A DNA stretch of 51,509 bases from Nannocystaceae bacterium (lineage in GTDB: Bacteria > Myxococcota_A > Polyangia > Nannocystales > Nannocystaceae). Within the stretch, counting starts at the first letter, position 1. Each line of letters begins with the position of its first letter. This document shows, in pieces, positions 18,564-28,071 of the stretch. The position numbers were made by a program, and so were the translations under genes. The notes under the pieces are model-generated. The model was not told where the DNA came from. It saw nothing but the letters and a program-made list of their open reading frames with translations, and ran no database searches. The stretch covers positions 1-51,509 of the forward strand of contig DASZPU010000873.1 of NCBI GenBank assembly GCA_035550195.1, read 5' to 3'.

Positions 18564-19776
18564 CGCAGTCGCCTTCGACTGCGACGCCGATGAAGTCGCG
18601 GACCCATCGCTCGCCCGGCACCTCGTCTTGCACGGTGCCGGGCGACCACGTGATCGCGTCGTCACTGTGCAGGAGCACGGTGCCCATCGTCGAGACCGCT
18701 GCATATGCGCCGTCGGCCCACGCGGCGGCGCGCAGCGGCTCACCGGTGTCGCCGATCATCGACCACGAAGCGCCGTCGGTCGAGCGCCAGATCTGTGCGC
18801 CGGCGACCGCGAGGAAGCCCTGGTCGTCGTGGAAGAGATCGTTGATGGGCGCGCCGGTGGGCATCGCGATCAGTTCCCAGGTGGCGCCGCGATCGGGCGA
18901 GCGACACACGTCGCCGGTGGCGACGAGCAACACGTCGCCGACGAGCTCGACGTCGCCGCTGTGTTGGATCGGGTTGGCGCAGTCCGACGAGAAGCCGGTG
19001 CCCTCGCTCCACGTCATGCCACCGTCGTCGCTCACGACCACGAAGTTGCCCTGCGGATGATCGTTGCCGCTCTGGCTCTCGACCGACGCGACCAGCAGGT
19101 TCGCCTCGGGAAATCCGCGGAGCTGACGGAGCTGCTCCGCACCGGGCGGCAGCGAGACATCGATGGAGGTCCACGCGGCGCCGTCGCTCGATTGCCACAC
19201 GCGCTGCGAGAAGATCATCAAGTCGTCGGCGATCGCCGCGACCCCGGACGTGTAGATCGCGTACCCGACCGGCATGCCGTCGGCGACGAACGCATCCATG
19301 CCGAGGTCTTCCCACGATTGCCCGTCGATCGAGCGCAGGATGTGCCCACCTTCACCGCCCCAACCGAGCCCTGCGACGAACGCTCCGTCGCGATACGCGA
19401 GCCCACCGAAGGCGGTCCACTGCGTGTGATCACCTTCTTCATCGGAGAACGCATGCGCGACCCAGGTGTTGCCGCCGTCACACGAGCCGGCGGTCCAACC
19501 ACCATCACCGAGCGCAACGAACACGGGCATCGTCTCGACGACGACCCCCGTCGAGCTCTCGTCGACGACACCACTGCTCGACCCACCCACCGACGTACCG
19601 CTCTCCTCGGATCCACCAGAGCTCGTCGACGCGCTGCCGCTCGTCGAGCTCGCGGTCGTCGCGGTGCTCGTCGACGCACTCGTGGTGGAGCTCTCGCCGC
19701 TCGATTCCCCTCCGCCCGCGGGCTCTGCACACGCCACCGCGAGCACGACCCCGAGCAGCCCGACTCTGCGCTCCAT
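18553..19776 (-). CDS. BNR/Asp-box repeat beta-propeller lipoprotein
   Basis: MERRVGLLGVVLAVAC lipobox. Seven SxDxGxTW-type boxes: SCDGGNTW, SIDGQSWE, SSDGAAWT, SDDGGMTW, SPDRGATW, STDGASWS, SDDAITWS. The track start at 19797 is GTG. Confidence 0.75.
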   Translation of the reverse strand: MERRVGLLGVVLAVACAEPAGGGESSGESSTTSASTSTATTASSTSGSASTSSGGSEESGTSVGGSSSGVVDESSTGVVVETMPVFVALGDGGWTAGSCDGGNTWVAHAFSDEEGDHTQWTAFGGLAYRDGAFVAGLGWGGEGGHILRSIDGQSWEDLGMDAFVADGMPVGYAIYTSGVAAIADDLMIFSQRVWQSSDGAAWTSIDVSLPPGAEQLRQLRGFPEANLLVASVESQSGNDHPQGNFVVVSDDGGMTWSEGTGFSSDCANPIQHSGDVELVGDVLLVATGDVCRSPDRGATWELIAMPTGAPINDLFHDDQGFLAVAGAQIWRSTDGASWSMIGDTGEPLRAAAWADGAYAAVSTMGTVLLHSDDAITWSPGTVQDEVPGERWVRDFIGVAVEGDCATR

Positions 19777-19957
19777 GCCCCCTCGATACCCGCGCACGCC
19801 GATATGGGTGAGCGAGATTCACTCGGGTCGCTTTGCACGAAAACGCCAATCCGAGCCGGGTGAGCGGCTTCACCGGGCATGCATTGAAGGAAATGCCAAG
19901 TCCGGCGCGCGTGAAATCCACGCAACGCACGGCGCGCGATGGTCGACCAGCCCGAGC

Positions 19958-20797
19958 GTGGCGACGAAGCATCACTTCCACCTCACCGCGCGCATGGTCC
20001 CGAACGCCCCGGATCTGACGCTCGAAGAAACGGGCGGCTGGTTGTGGTCGCGCATGCGCGAGGCATTTCCGGAGAGCGTGGCGACGTTGCTCATGCCGAA
20101 CCATCCCCACCTGCTGCCGCTCGTCGACGATCCCGAAGCGGCGGCACAACGACTCGCGCGGTTGCTCGGGCAGTTCGGGCGTCGCTTCGGCATCCGCGGA
20201 CAAGCCAGCCTCGTGGCCGACCCGAAGCCGATGCACGATGCACAGAAGCTCGCGCGCGAGGTCCGCTACATCGCGCTCAATCCCTGCCGCGCAAAGCTCG
20301 TGCGCTGCCCGCTCGCGTGGCCGTGGAGTACGCATCGCGATGTGATCGGCGCGATCGCGGATCCGTGGACCACCGCGGACGCGCTGGCGGACGCGCTACG
20401 ATTTCCGCGCGACGGATTTGCGCGCCGTCACCACGCGTACGTGAGCGGCGATCCGGATGCCTCGGTGACCGGCACGCCCTTCCCACGCACGAGCGCGACG
20501 AGTGACGTTCCGATGATCCCGTTGCCGCGGATCGCCCGCGCCGTTGCAGCTGCGCTCCGCGAGCCGCTCGCGGCACTGCGTCGCCCCGGTCGCGCGCGCG
20601 CGGTCTTCGTTGCGCTGGCGCACGACCAAGGCTGGCGCGCACCGGCCCCGCTCGCCGCGCTCTGTCATTGCGTGCCGCAGACGATCCGCAACGTCGCTTT
20701 GGACCTCGACGTCGCCGCGCTCGCAGCCGCACGCCTCTGCCTCGCCGACGATCGCTTGCGACGACTGCCGCCGAGCACTGCGCCCGCCGGGCGATGA
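19958..20797 (+). CDS. RAYT/IS200-like Y1 (HUH) transposase homologue fused to a DnaA-domain-IV-like HTH
   Basis: FHLTAR, LLMPNHPHLL (HUH position), RYIALNPCRAKLVRCPLAWPWSTH (Tyr motif). C-terminal segment GRARAVFVALAHDQGWRAPAPLAALCHCVPQTIRNV. Start uncertain: GTG 19958 or ATG 19994. Confidence 0.7.
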   Translation: MATKHHFHLTARMVPNAPDLTLEETGGWLWSRMREAFPESVATLLMPNHPHLLPLVDDPEAAAQRLARLLGQFGRRFGIRGQASLVADPKPMHDAQKLAREVRYIALNPCRAKLVRCPLAWPWSTHRDVIGAIADPWTTADALADALRFPRDGFARRHHAYVSGDPDASVTGTPFPRTSATSDVPMIPLPRIARAVAAALREPLAALRRPGRARAVFVALAHDQGWRAPAPLAALCHCVPQTIRNVALDLDVAALAAARLCLADDRLRRLPPSTAPAGR

Positions 20798-22638
20798 CGC
20801 GGCGTGAAAGACCCGGTATCGTGGCCGCCGCGATGCGGCGTCTCGTCCGTGCATGCGTGCTCGCAGCCGTGCTGCTCCCGGCCGGGAGCGCGCGCGCGGG
20901 TGTGGAGGTCGAGCGCTATGCGTTGTCGATGTTCCACTTCAACGTGCAGTACGTCGCGGGTGGGCTCGTGGGCTATCCCGGCTACTCCGGCGAGCTGCGG
21001 CCCGAAGAGGTCGAGGACAGCATCGTGATCCAGAGCCTCGTGCCGGTGCTCGAGCTCTACGCGGCCCATCCGACGTGGGGCGCGAACATCGAGATGCAGG
21101 GCTACCTGCTCGACGTGCTCGCGACGCGACATCCCGACACGTTCGAGCTGCTGCGCGACCTCGCGATCTCCGGACAGATCGAAGTCGTCAGCTTCCACTA
21201 CTCCGATCAGCTCTTCATCGGCTATCCGCAGATCGACTGGGAGCGCTCGCAGGCGCTCACCGCTGCCACGTTCGAAGCGCACGACGTGCCGCTCGGTACC
21301 AGCGTGTTCTGCCAAGAAGGCCAAGCCGGCATGGCGATGGCGGATCGCATGGCCGAGCGCGGCTACCAGACGATGGTGTGGCCGAAGAACCTGTGGAATT
21401 CGCAGCACGGCGACTTCGCAGCCGCGCCGCTGTACACGTTCGGCGACGTCGAGCTGGTGGTCGGTGCACAAGGTGCCAGCTACGACGACGGCATGGGTCT
21501 GCAGATCGAGACCACGTGGACGTTCTTCGACGACGGCGAGCTGATGGCCACCGGCGACTGGAACCCCTACTTTCCCGATCTGTTCATCACCAGCCCGGAA
21601 GCGGTCGCCGAGTACGAAGCGGGCGTGCAGGCGCTCGAAGATCAGGGCTACGTGATCGCGACCGTGCGCGACTACGCCGATGCGATCCGCGATCGTGTGA
21701 CGCTCGCCGATCCGCCGCCGCTCTTCGACGGCACCTGGCAGCCGGGCTCCACCAACGGCGTCGCGAAGTGGCTCGGCGATCGCTCGCTGTGGTTCATCGG
21801 CGGCGGTCCGGCCGATCGCGACAACCACGTGCGCTCGCTCGGTTACCTCGCACATCGCGAGCTGGTCGCGGCCGAGACCGCAGCGCAGGTTGCCGAGCTC
21901 GACGCGCGCGCGGAGCTCGATGCCGCATGGCGCTTGCTCGCGCTCGCGCAGGTCACCGACGCGAGCGGCATCAATCCCTACCGCGGCGAGGTCGAGTACG
22001 GCATCGCGCACAGCACCGAGGTGATGCGGATCGCTCGCGGCGTCATCGAGCGCGCGAAGGAAACGCTCGGCCTCGACGAAGCCGACGTCGATCCGCAGGC
22101 CGGCACGATGATCGCGAGCGACGGCGATCCGTTCACCGGGACGCCAGCCGAGGCCGCCGCCGCGCTCACCATCACCACCGCCGATCCCACGCGCGAGACC
22201 TCGGTCGAGTGGGAGCAGATCGCCGAGGGGCACCATCGCGTGCGCGTGCACCTCGGTCCCGGCGATCCCCGCTCGGCGGCCTACGACGTCAGCGTCACGT
22301 TCGCGGGCGAGCTCGTCGACGAGCTCGTCACCACGCTCGCACTCGCCGACGACGAGCCCTACACGTTCTCGCGCGCCGACTTCGCGTTCACGAACTGGAA
22401 CATGGCGCTGCCGATCGGGCTCGTGAGCCTCGGCCCCGACCGCTACCTCATCAAGGACGCCGGCTTCGTGCACCTGCACGCGGCGGTCGCGCGCGAGAGC
22501 GGCGACGTCACGTTCTCCGATCAGACCCAGCAGCTCGACGAGGGCAGCACCTGGGTCTTCCATGTCTTCGAGGGCAGCGCCGACGAAGCCGTCGCGCTCG
22601 CGCATCGCATCAACTCGCTGCGGGAGCTGGTGCGATGA
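20794..22638 (+). CDS. Secreted glycoside hydrolase family 57-like / polysaccharide-deacetylase-fold protein (putative)
   Basis: Signal MRRLVRACVLAAVLLPAGSARA; FHFNVQY, SGQIEVVSFHYSDQLF, VFCQEGQAG resemble GH57 conserved regions. ATG overlaps the stop of the preceding gene (ATGA). Confidence 0.55.
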   Translation: MTRRERPGIVAAAMRRLVRACVLAAVLLPAGSARAGVEVERYALSMFHFNVQYVAGGLVGYPGYSGELRPEEVEDSIVIQSLVPVLELYAAHPTWGANIEMQGYLLDVLATRHPDTFELLRDLAISGQIEVVSFHYSDQLFIGYPQIDWERSQALTAATFEAHDVPLGTSVFCQEGQAGMAMADRMAERGYQTMVWPKNLWNSQHGDFAAAPLYTFGDVELVVGAQGASYDDGMGLQIETTWTFFDDGELMATGDWNPYFPDLFITSPEAVAEYEAGVQALEDQGYVIATVRDYADAIRDRVTLADPPPLFDGTWQPGSTNGVAKWLGDRSLWFIGGGPADRDNHVRSLGYLAHRELVAAETAAQVAELDARAELDAAWRLLALAQVTDASGINPYRGEVEYGIAHSTEVMRIARGVIERAKETLGLDEADVDPQAGTMIASDGDPFTGTPAEAAAALTITTADPTRETSVEWEQIAEGHHRVRVHLGPGDPRSAAYDVSVTFAGELVDELVTTLALADDEPYTFSRADFAFTNWNMALPIGLVSLGPDRYLIKDAGFVHLHAAVARESGDVTFSDQTQQLDEGSTWVFHVFEGSADEAVALAHRINSLRELVR

Positions 22639-23180
22639 AACGCGTGACGCTCGTGCTGATCTGCGCGGCCGCGTGCCACGATTCCACCGCGCACACGAGC
22701 GCGAGCAGCGACAGCAGCGGTGCGAGCACGAGCGCAGGCACCACGACGCTCGCGACCACCACGACGTCGGGTGCCGACAGCACGTCGACCGCCGGTCCCG
22801 AGCCCGTCGTCGTGCTCGACACGACGCTCGAGCTCGAGCTGAAGGAAACGATCCACGTCACCGTCACCACCACCGGCGACGCCGTCGAGATCGCGATCGA
22901 TCCCTCGCGCGCGTTCGGCATCGTCTCGGGTCCGCTGCAGGGCGCAGGTCGCATCGACGCGTACCCCGAGGCCGATGCGACGGTGTACGTCGCGACCTTC
23001 GACGGCGCGGCGATCGGCGAGGGGCCCTGCGCAGACGCACCGGTCTCGCTCGCGCTCGCGCTGCACCACGATCACGATGCGGACGTGATCGCCGGCGGGC
23101 TCACCGGCTATTGCGGTGCGGCTACGTTCTTCGGCGTACCGATCGTCGAGCCGCTGCGGATCTCGGGCCGCGTGCCGTGA
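22635..23180 (+). CDS. Hypothetical lipoprotein
   Basis: MKRVTLVLICAAAC lipobox, S/T-rich linker, GC3 bias; ATGA overlap with the upstream gene; internal start in track ORF 20853..23180. Confidence 0.65.
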   Translation: MKRVTLVLICAAACHDSTAHTSASSDSSGASTSAGTTTLATTTTSGADSTSTAGPEPVVVLDTTLELELKETIHVTVTTTGDAVEIAIDPSRAFGIVSGPLQGAGRIDAYPEADATVYVATFDGAAIGEGPCADAPVSLALALHHDHDADVIAGGLTGYCGAATFFGVPIVEPLRISGRVP

Positions 23181-23226
23181 CTTTGTCCGCCCCGCGCGGG
23201 TAGGATCGCGTGGGGGCGACCGAGTC

Positions 23227-25125
23227 GTGGACACGGCTTCGGACGAGCACAAGCGCAGCTACCAGCGCATCATCGCGGAGCTCGGCATCGAGCTCGAGGC
23301 GCTGGCGTTCGACGAGTCCGGCACGATCGTCGCGTCGGGCCACGAGACGCTGCCCAACACGCCGTCGAAGGAGCCCGTACCGCGCATAGCTGTCGGGCAG
23401 CCACGCGGCCTCGTCACCCCCGATCTCGTGCTCGATCGCCGCATCGCCGAAGGCGGACGCGGCGAGGTGTGGAGCGCGACCCAGACCGCGCTCGCGCGCC
23501 CGGTCGCGGTGAAGCGCGTGCGCGCGAGCCAGCGCTCGCCGCTCGACGACGACGCGCTCGTCCGCGAAGGTCGCGTGCTCGGCTCGCTCGAGCATCCCAA
23601 CATCGTGCCGGTACACGTGCTCGGCAAGAGCGGCGATGGTGAGCCGCTCGTCGTGATGCGGCTGCTCGACGGCACGCCCTGGCAATCGATGATCGCGCCG
23701 CTGTTCTCCGCGAAGCGTGCGCCCGACGACGAGCAGATCGAGAAGCACCTGCGCATCCTCGTGCAGGTGTGCCACGCGATCGAGTTCGCCCACAGCCGCG
23801 GCGTGATCCATCGCGATCTCAAGCCCGACAACGTGATGGTCGGTCGCTTCGGCGAGATCTACGTGCTCGACTGGGGGCTCGCCGTCGGCCGCGAAGAGAA
23901 CGAGCGCTTGCCCGCCGCGTCGTCGGTGCGCACGCTCGCCGGCACGCCCGGCTACATGGCGCCCGAGATGGCGGTGTGCGACGGCGGTCGCATCGACGAG
24001 CGCACCGACGTGTATCTGCTCGGCGCGACGTTGCACGAGCTCGTCACCGGCTGCCAGCGCCACGAGGCCGCCACCGTCGTCGAGCAACTCGCGCTCGCGC
24101 ACGTGAGCGCGCCGTTCGACTACGGCACGCAGGTGCCGGCCGAGCTCGCGGCGATCTGCAATCGCGCGACGCACCTCGAGCCCGCGCAGCGCTACCCCGA
24201 CGTCGCCGCGTTTCGGGCCGCGGTGCTCGACTTCCTGCGCCACCAGAGCGCGCGCCAGCTCGCCGCGACCGCCGACGACACGCTGCGTCGACTCACCGCG
24301 GCGCTGCAGGGCGAGAGCGCGGGCACGGTGGTCGCACCGGCGAGCCTCTCGACGCTCGCGAGCGAAGCGAAGCTCGGCTTCCAGATCGCGCTGCGTGCAT
24401 GGCCGGAGAATCCCGCCGCGCAAGCCGGGCTCGAGCGCGCGCTCGGGCTCGGCGTCGATCTCGAGCTGCGTCAGGGCAACGCACGCGGTGCGGCCTCGTT
24501 GCTCGCCGAGCTGCGCAGCCCACGTCCGGATCTGGTCACGCGACTGCGCGCGCTCGAGGCCGATCTCATGCGCAAGGAAGGCGAGCTGCAGACGCTGCGC
24601 AAGCTGCGAGACGACGAGAACCTCGGCATCACCGCTGCGCGTCGTCGTCGCGCTTCGATCGCGCTGGGCTCGTTCCTCGGCGGCGGCATACTCTTGCTGT
24701 TCACGATCTCGCGACTCGGCATCCACCGCACCACGTGGGTGGATGCGTTGGTGTTCATGTCGATCTTCTCGATCGTGTTGCTCGTCTATCGCCGCTCGCG
24801 TCGCTCGAACACCAACGCCGTCGGCATGCGCGTGCTCGACATGGCCACGTTCGGATCGATCGCGGCGACGGCGTCGTTCGGGCTCGCGTGGATCACCGGC
24901 ATCGCGCTCGAGCCGGCGGTCAGCTATGCGCTGCTCGTCGCCGGCGCCGCGGCGCTGGTGGCGATGCCGAGCCTCGGGCGCAGCAATCCGACCGCCGCGT
25001 GCTTCATCGGCGGGGCGTTCGGCTCGGCGCTCGCACCCGACTACCTCGGGCCGATCGCGGCGGTGGCCTGCGTCGGCGCGTTCATGGGCGGAGCCTGGGC
25101 CACGCGCGATCTGAGCCGCGGCTGA
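23227..25125 (+). CDS. Ser/Thr protein kinase with polytopic C-terminal membrane domain
   Basis: AEGGRGEVW, VAVKRV, HRDLKPDNVMV, DWGLA (variant DFG), GTPGYMAPE, about five C-terminal TM helices. GTG 23227 is preferred because track start 23116 overlaps the previous gene. Confidence 0.8.
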   Translation: MDTASDEHKRSYQRIIAELGIELEALAFDESGTIVASGHETLPNTPSKEPVPRIAVGQPRGLVTPDLVLDRRIAEGGRGEVWSATQTALARPVAVKRVRASQRSPLDDDALVREGRVLGSLEHPNIVPVHVLGKSGDGEPLVVMRLLDGTPWQSMIAPLFSAKRAPDDEQIEKHLRILVQVCHAIEFAHSRGVIHRDLKPDNVMVGRFGEIYVLDWGLAVGREENERLPAASSVRTLAGTPGYMAPEMAVCDGGRIDERTDVYLLGATLHELVTGCQRHEAATVVEQLALAHVSAPFDYGTQVPAELAAICNRATHLEPAQRYPDVAAFRAAVLDFLRHQSARQLAATADDTLRRLTAALQGESAGTVVAPASLSTLASEAKLGFQIALRAWPENPAAQAGLERALGLGVDLELRQGNARGAASLLAELRSPRPDLVTRLRALEADLMRKEGELQTLRKLRDDENLGITAARRRRASIALGSFLGGGILLLFTISRLGIHRTTWVDALVFMSIFSIVLLVYRRSRRSNTNAVGMRVLDMATFGSIAATASFGLAWITGIALEPAVSYALLVAGAAALVAMPSLGRSNPTAACFIGGAFGSALAPDYLGPIAAVACVGAFMGGAWATRDLSRG

Positions 25126-25273
25126 CCCCAGCGCGTGCACCGCGGCCCTTGCCCCCCGCTCGAAAACGAGTGGAAACACCTGCACGAAAAGAGGTGAATT
25201 CGCCGATCGGTGGCGGGTGGATGCGAAGGTTTGAAAGATATGCCGCCATCAAGGCCTGCGGGGATCTACTGCG

Positions 25274-26668
25274 ATGAAGACCTATCTGGCGATGAACGTG
25301 GGTGCGTCGGTGTTCGCGCTCGGGCTGGCGAGCTGTGGCGGTGGTGGCACGACCGGCACGGCGGGCGCTTCGGCTGAAGAGTCGGGCAGCAACACGGATC
25401 CCTCGACGACCGCGACCACGGCGACGACTGCGGCCGACACGAGCGGTGGCTCGGGCTCCGGCTCGAACTCGAACTCGAACTCGAACAGCGACACGAACTC
25501 CGGCACGGGTTCTTCGTCGGGTGTTGCCGAAGAAGAAGAGGGCGGCGGACCGAAGCTCGACGTCGGCTTCCTGCCCGACACGCCGGAGGCCGAGTGCGGT
25601 GGTCAAGAAGGTGGTGGCGGTGGCTTCGGCGGTGGCGTCGAGCTCTCGTACATCTGGATCTCCGACACGTATCAAGTGCCGAGCTCGATCTCGAAGATCA
25701 ACACCGTCACGATGGTGGAGGAAGGTCGCTACCAAGCGAAGCCCGCCAACGGCGACGCGTCGCGCACGTCGGTGAACTTGCGCGGCGATGTGGCGGTGGC
25801 CAACCGCAACGGTGGTGTCGCGAAGTTCTATGCGAACGTCGCCGACTGCGTCGAGAGCAACGGCACGCCCGGCATCCAGACCTCGAGCGGGCTCAACGAC
25901 GTGCTCGCGTGGGACGAAGAAGAGTGCCGCGCCTGGTACACCGACTTCGTGTGCAGCAGCAACCGCCCGGTCGCGTGGCAGCGCGGCGAGTGGGATCCCG
26001 CGACGTGCCAGTACGTCGACATGAAGCTGTGGACGGTCTGCGACAACAACACCTACCTGCTCAATGGTGACGACGGCACGATCGAGCAGACGGTGCCGGT
26101 GCCCGGTGGCGGCAGCGCGTTCGTGTACGGCGGCGCTGCGGATGCCGATGGCAACTTCTGGGGTCTCAACCTCGGCAACCAGCAGATCTATCGCGTCGAT
26201 CACGAGGACTACACGACGGTCGCGTACCCGCTGCCGCCCTCCGGTGGCTACGGCATCACCGTCGATCCCGAGGGTCGTCCGTGGGTGTCGGGCGGTGGCA
26301 CCGTGTCGCGCTTCAACCTCGACGACTCGACGTGGACGAGCAGCGGCGGCAGTGGTGGCATCGGTGGTTGCATGACCGACGGTGTCGACACGATCTGGCA
26401 CGACAGCGGCAGCGGCACGCTCATGGGCTTCGATCTCGAGTCGCTCGCGGTGGTGAACTCGATCCCGCTCCCGGAGTACGTGCACGGCGTCTCCGTCGAC
26501 TTCCAGGGCAAGGTCTGGGGTGTCAGCTTCGCGGGCAACAACGCCTACCGCGGCGATCCGGACACCGGCATGGTCGACACCTTCCCGTCGCTGACGCAGG
26601 CGTACACGTACTCCGACATGACCGGCTTCGCGCTCAGCACTGCGGGCGGCGGTCAACCGCCGCAGTGA
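25274..26668 (+). CDS. Hypothetical secreted lipoprotein (probable beta-propeller body)
   Basis: Lipobox LGLASC, long S/G/T/N linker, GC3 bias, no catalytic motif recognised. Confidence 0.7.
   Translation: MKTYLAMNVGASVFALGLASCGGGGTTGTAGASAEESGSNTDPSTTATTATTAADTSGGSGSGSNSNSNSNSDTNSGTGSSSGVAEEEEGGGPKLDVGFLPDTPEAECGGQEGGGGGFGGGVELSYIWISDTYQVPSSISKINTVTMVEEGRYQAKPANGDASRTSVNLRGDVAVANRNGGVAKFYANVADCVESNGTPGIQTSSGLNDVLAWDEEECRAWYTDFVCSSNRPVAWQRGEWDPATCQYVDMKLWTVCDNNTYLLNGDDGTIEQTVPVPGGGSAFVYGGAADADGNFWGLNLGNQQIYRVDHEDYTTVAYPLPPSGGYGITVDPEGRPWVSGGGTVSRFNLDDSTWTSSGGSGGIGGCMTDGVDTIWHDSGSGTLMGFDLESLAVVNSIPLPEYVHGVSVDFQGKVWGVSFAGNNAYRGDPDTGMVDTFPSLTQAYTYSDMTGFALSTAGGGQPPQ
25463..25486 (+). repeat. Coding hexanucleotide microsatellite (TCGAAC)x4
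   Basis: Four perfect tandem copies that encode SNSNSNSN in the lipoprotein linker. Confidence 0.9.
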
Positions 26669-26705
26669 GCAATGGACCGCGCGTACGCGCGGGGTACCCT
26701 CGTCG

Positions 26706-27965
26706 ATGATGGTAGCCCCCCGTCGCGCGTTCCCCCTCGCGCTCGCATGCCTCTGCGCCTGTCGACCCGACTCCGATGCGAGCAATGCTCCGCAGCAGAG
26801 CGCGTCGGCGGAGACTCCCGGGGTGCCCGACGATGCATTCGCGGTCGTCGACGGCACTGCGATCTCGCGCGACACCTACGAGGACGCGGTGCTGCAGCAC
26901 GCGTCGGGTGGGCCGGCGAGCCGTGACGATCGCGGGCTGCGACAGCGCATCGGCATCGCCGTGCTCACCCGCGAGCTCGTGAAGCTCGAGCTCGGCAAGC
27001 TCGCGCTCGGCAACGGTGAAGCGATCGAGAAGCGTGCACTGCCGCTCGTCGCCGCGCTGTCGCACGTGCCCACGCCGAGCGGCGACGCGAGCCTACCGAC
27101 GTGGTGGGTGCGTCCGCCGTTGCAGCCGGAGGAGCTCGCGGCCGCGGTCGTGGTCGCCGATGCGCTCGTCGGCGCCGCGGTGAGCGAGCAAGAGATCGCC
27201 GCGGAGTACGAGCGCCAGAAGGATCGCTGGAGCTCCGCGCAGCCGTGGGTGCGGCTCGACACCTGGACGATCGAGTTCAGCGATGCGACCGGCATCGCCG
27301 CGTGCGACGACTACGTCGCGAAGTATCGGCGCTGCTCGGAGAAGTTTCCGGCGGCGACGCGACCCAACGTGCTCGCGGATCTGCGTCGCCAAGCGAACGC
27401 GTGGCGCGAGCAGGCCGACGAGCCCGAGCGTCGCACGGCTGCGGGGCACGAGTGCGAAGCCAGCACGACCGAAGCGCTGCAACAGACCGCATCGATGGGT
27501 TGCGACTGGCAGAGCGATGCGGACAAGGACGAGCGGCGTGCGATCGCGGAGCGCAAGAAGGAGCTGCAGGCGATCGTCGACGACGCGCGTGCGCGCATCG
27601 AAGGCGGCGAGGATCCGCTCGCGGTCGCGGCGGCGCTCGGCGGTCGTGCGGAGCTCAAGCGCATGGTCGCGGCCGACGAGCTGCCCAAGCCGATCGCAAA
27701 GGCGGCGCGCAAGCTGCAGCCGGGTGCGCTGTCCAAGCCGATCGACGACGGGCGCGCGTGGACGCTCATCCGTGTGATCGAGAAGCAGCCCGCGGGCACG
27801 CTCGCGCCGGAGCTCGTGCACGACGAGCTCGCCGCGGATCTCCGCACGCGACGCTTGGCCGATGCACTCGAGGCGCTGCCCGACACGTTGCGATCACGGC
27901 ACAAGGTCGAGCTGCACCCCGACTTCGAGTCGCTCGACGAAACGCCCGACGGCGCGGGACTGTGA
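26706..27965 (+). CDS. Lipoprotein, SurA/PpiC-like (degenerate parvulin) chaperone candidate
   Basis: Lipobox LACLCAC. The C-terminal segment LPKPIAKAARKLQPGALSKPIDDGRAWTLIRVIEK resembles the end of parvulin domains. The function call is weak. Confidence 0.5.
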   Translation: MMVAPRRAFPLALACLCACRPDSDASNAPQQSASAETPGVPDDAFAVVDGTAISRDTYEDAVLQHASGGPASRDDRGLRQRIGIAVLTRELVKLELGKLALGNGEAIEKRALPLVAALSHVPTPSGDASLPTWWVRPPLQPEELAAAVVVADALVGAAVSEQEIAAEYERQKDRWSSAQPWVRLDTWTIEFSDATGIAACDDYVAKYRRCSEKFPAATRPNVLADLRRQANAWREQADEPERRTAAGHECEASTTEALQQTASMGCDWQSDADKDERRAIAERKKELQAIVDDARARIEGGEDPLAVAAALGGRAELKRMVAADELPKPIAKAARKLQPGALSKPIDDGRAWTLIRVIEKQPAGTLAPELVHDELAADLRTRRLADALEALPDTLRSRHKVELHPDFESLDETPDGAGL

Positions 27966-27984
27966 CCTGCGCCGCAATCGGTCG

Positions 27985-28027
27985 TGGCGCGTCGCTGCTC
28001 CACCGTAGTGCATGAAGCGACGCGCCA
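27985..28027 (+). terminator. 12-bp perfect hairpin downstream of the 26706..27965 gene
   Basis: TGGCGCGTCGCT-N19-AGCGACGCGCCA followed by TCTTTCC. Confidence 0.45.
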
Positions 28028-28071
28028 TCTTTCCACTGCGACTTTGTCCGGGACTGGTGCCGATCCGCGAG

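Noticed and set aside
19958-20797. Calling the RAYT-like gene a mobile element (IS200/IS605)
   Set aside because: It has no terminal hairpin pairs, no tnpB/iscB partner and no target duplication. It is translationally coupled to a host gene, so I annotated it as a CDS only.
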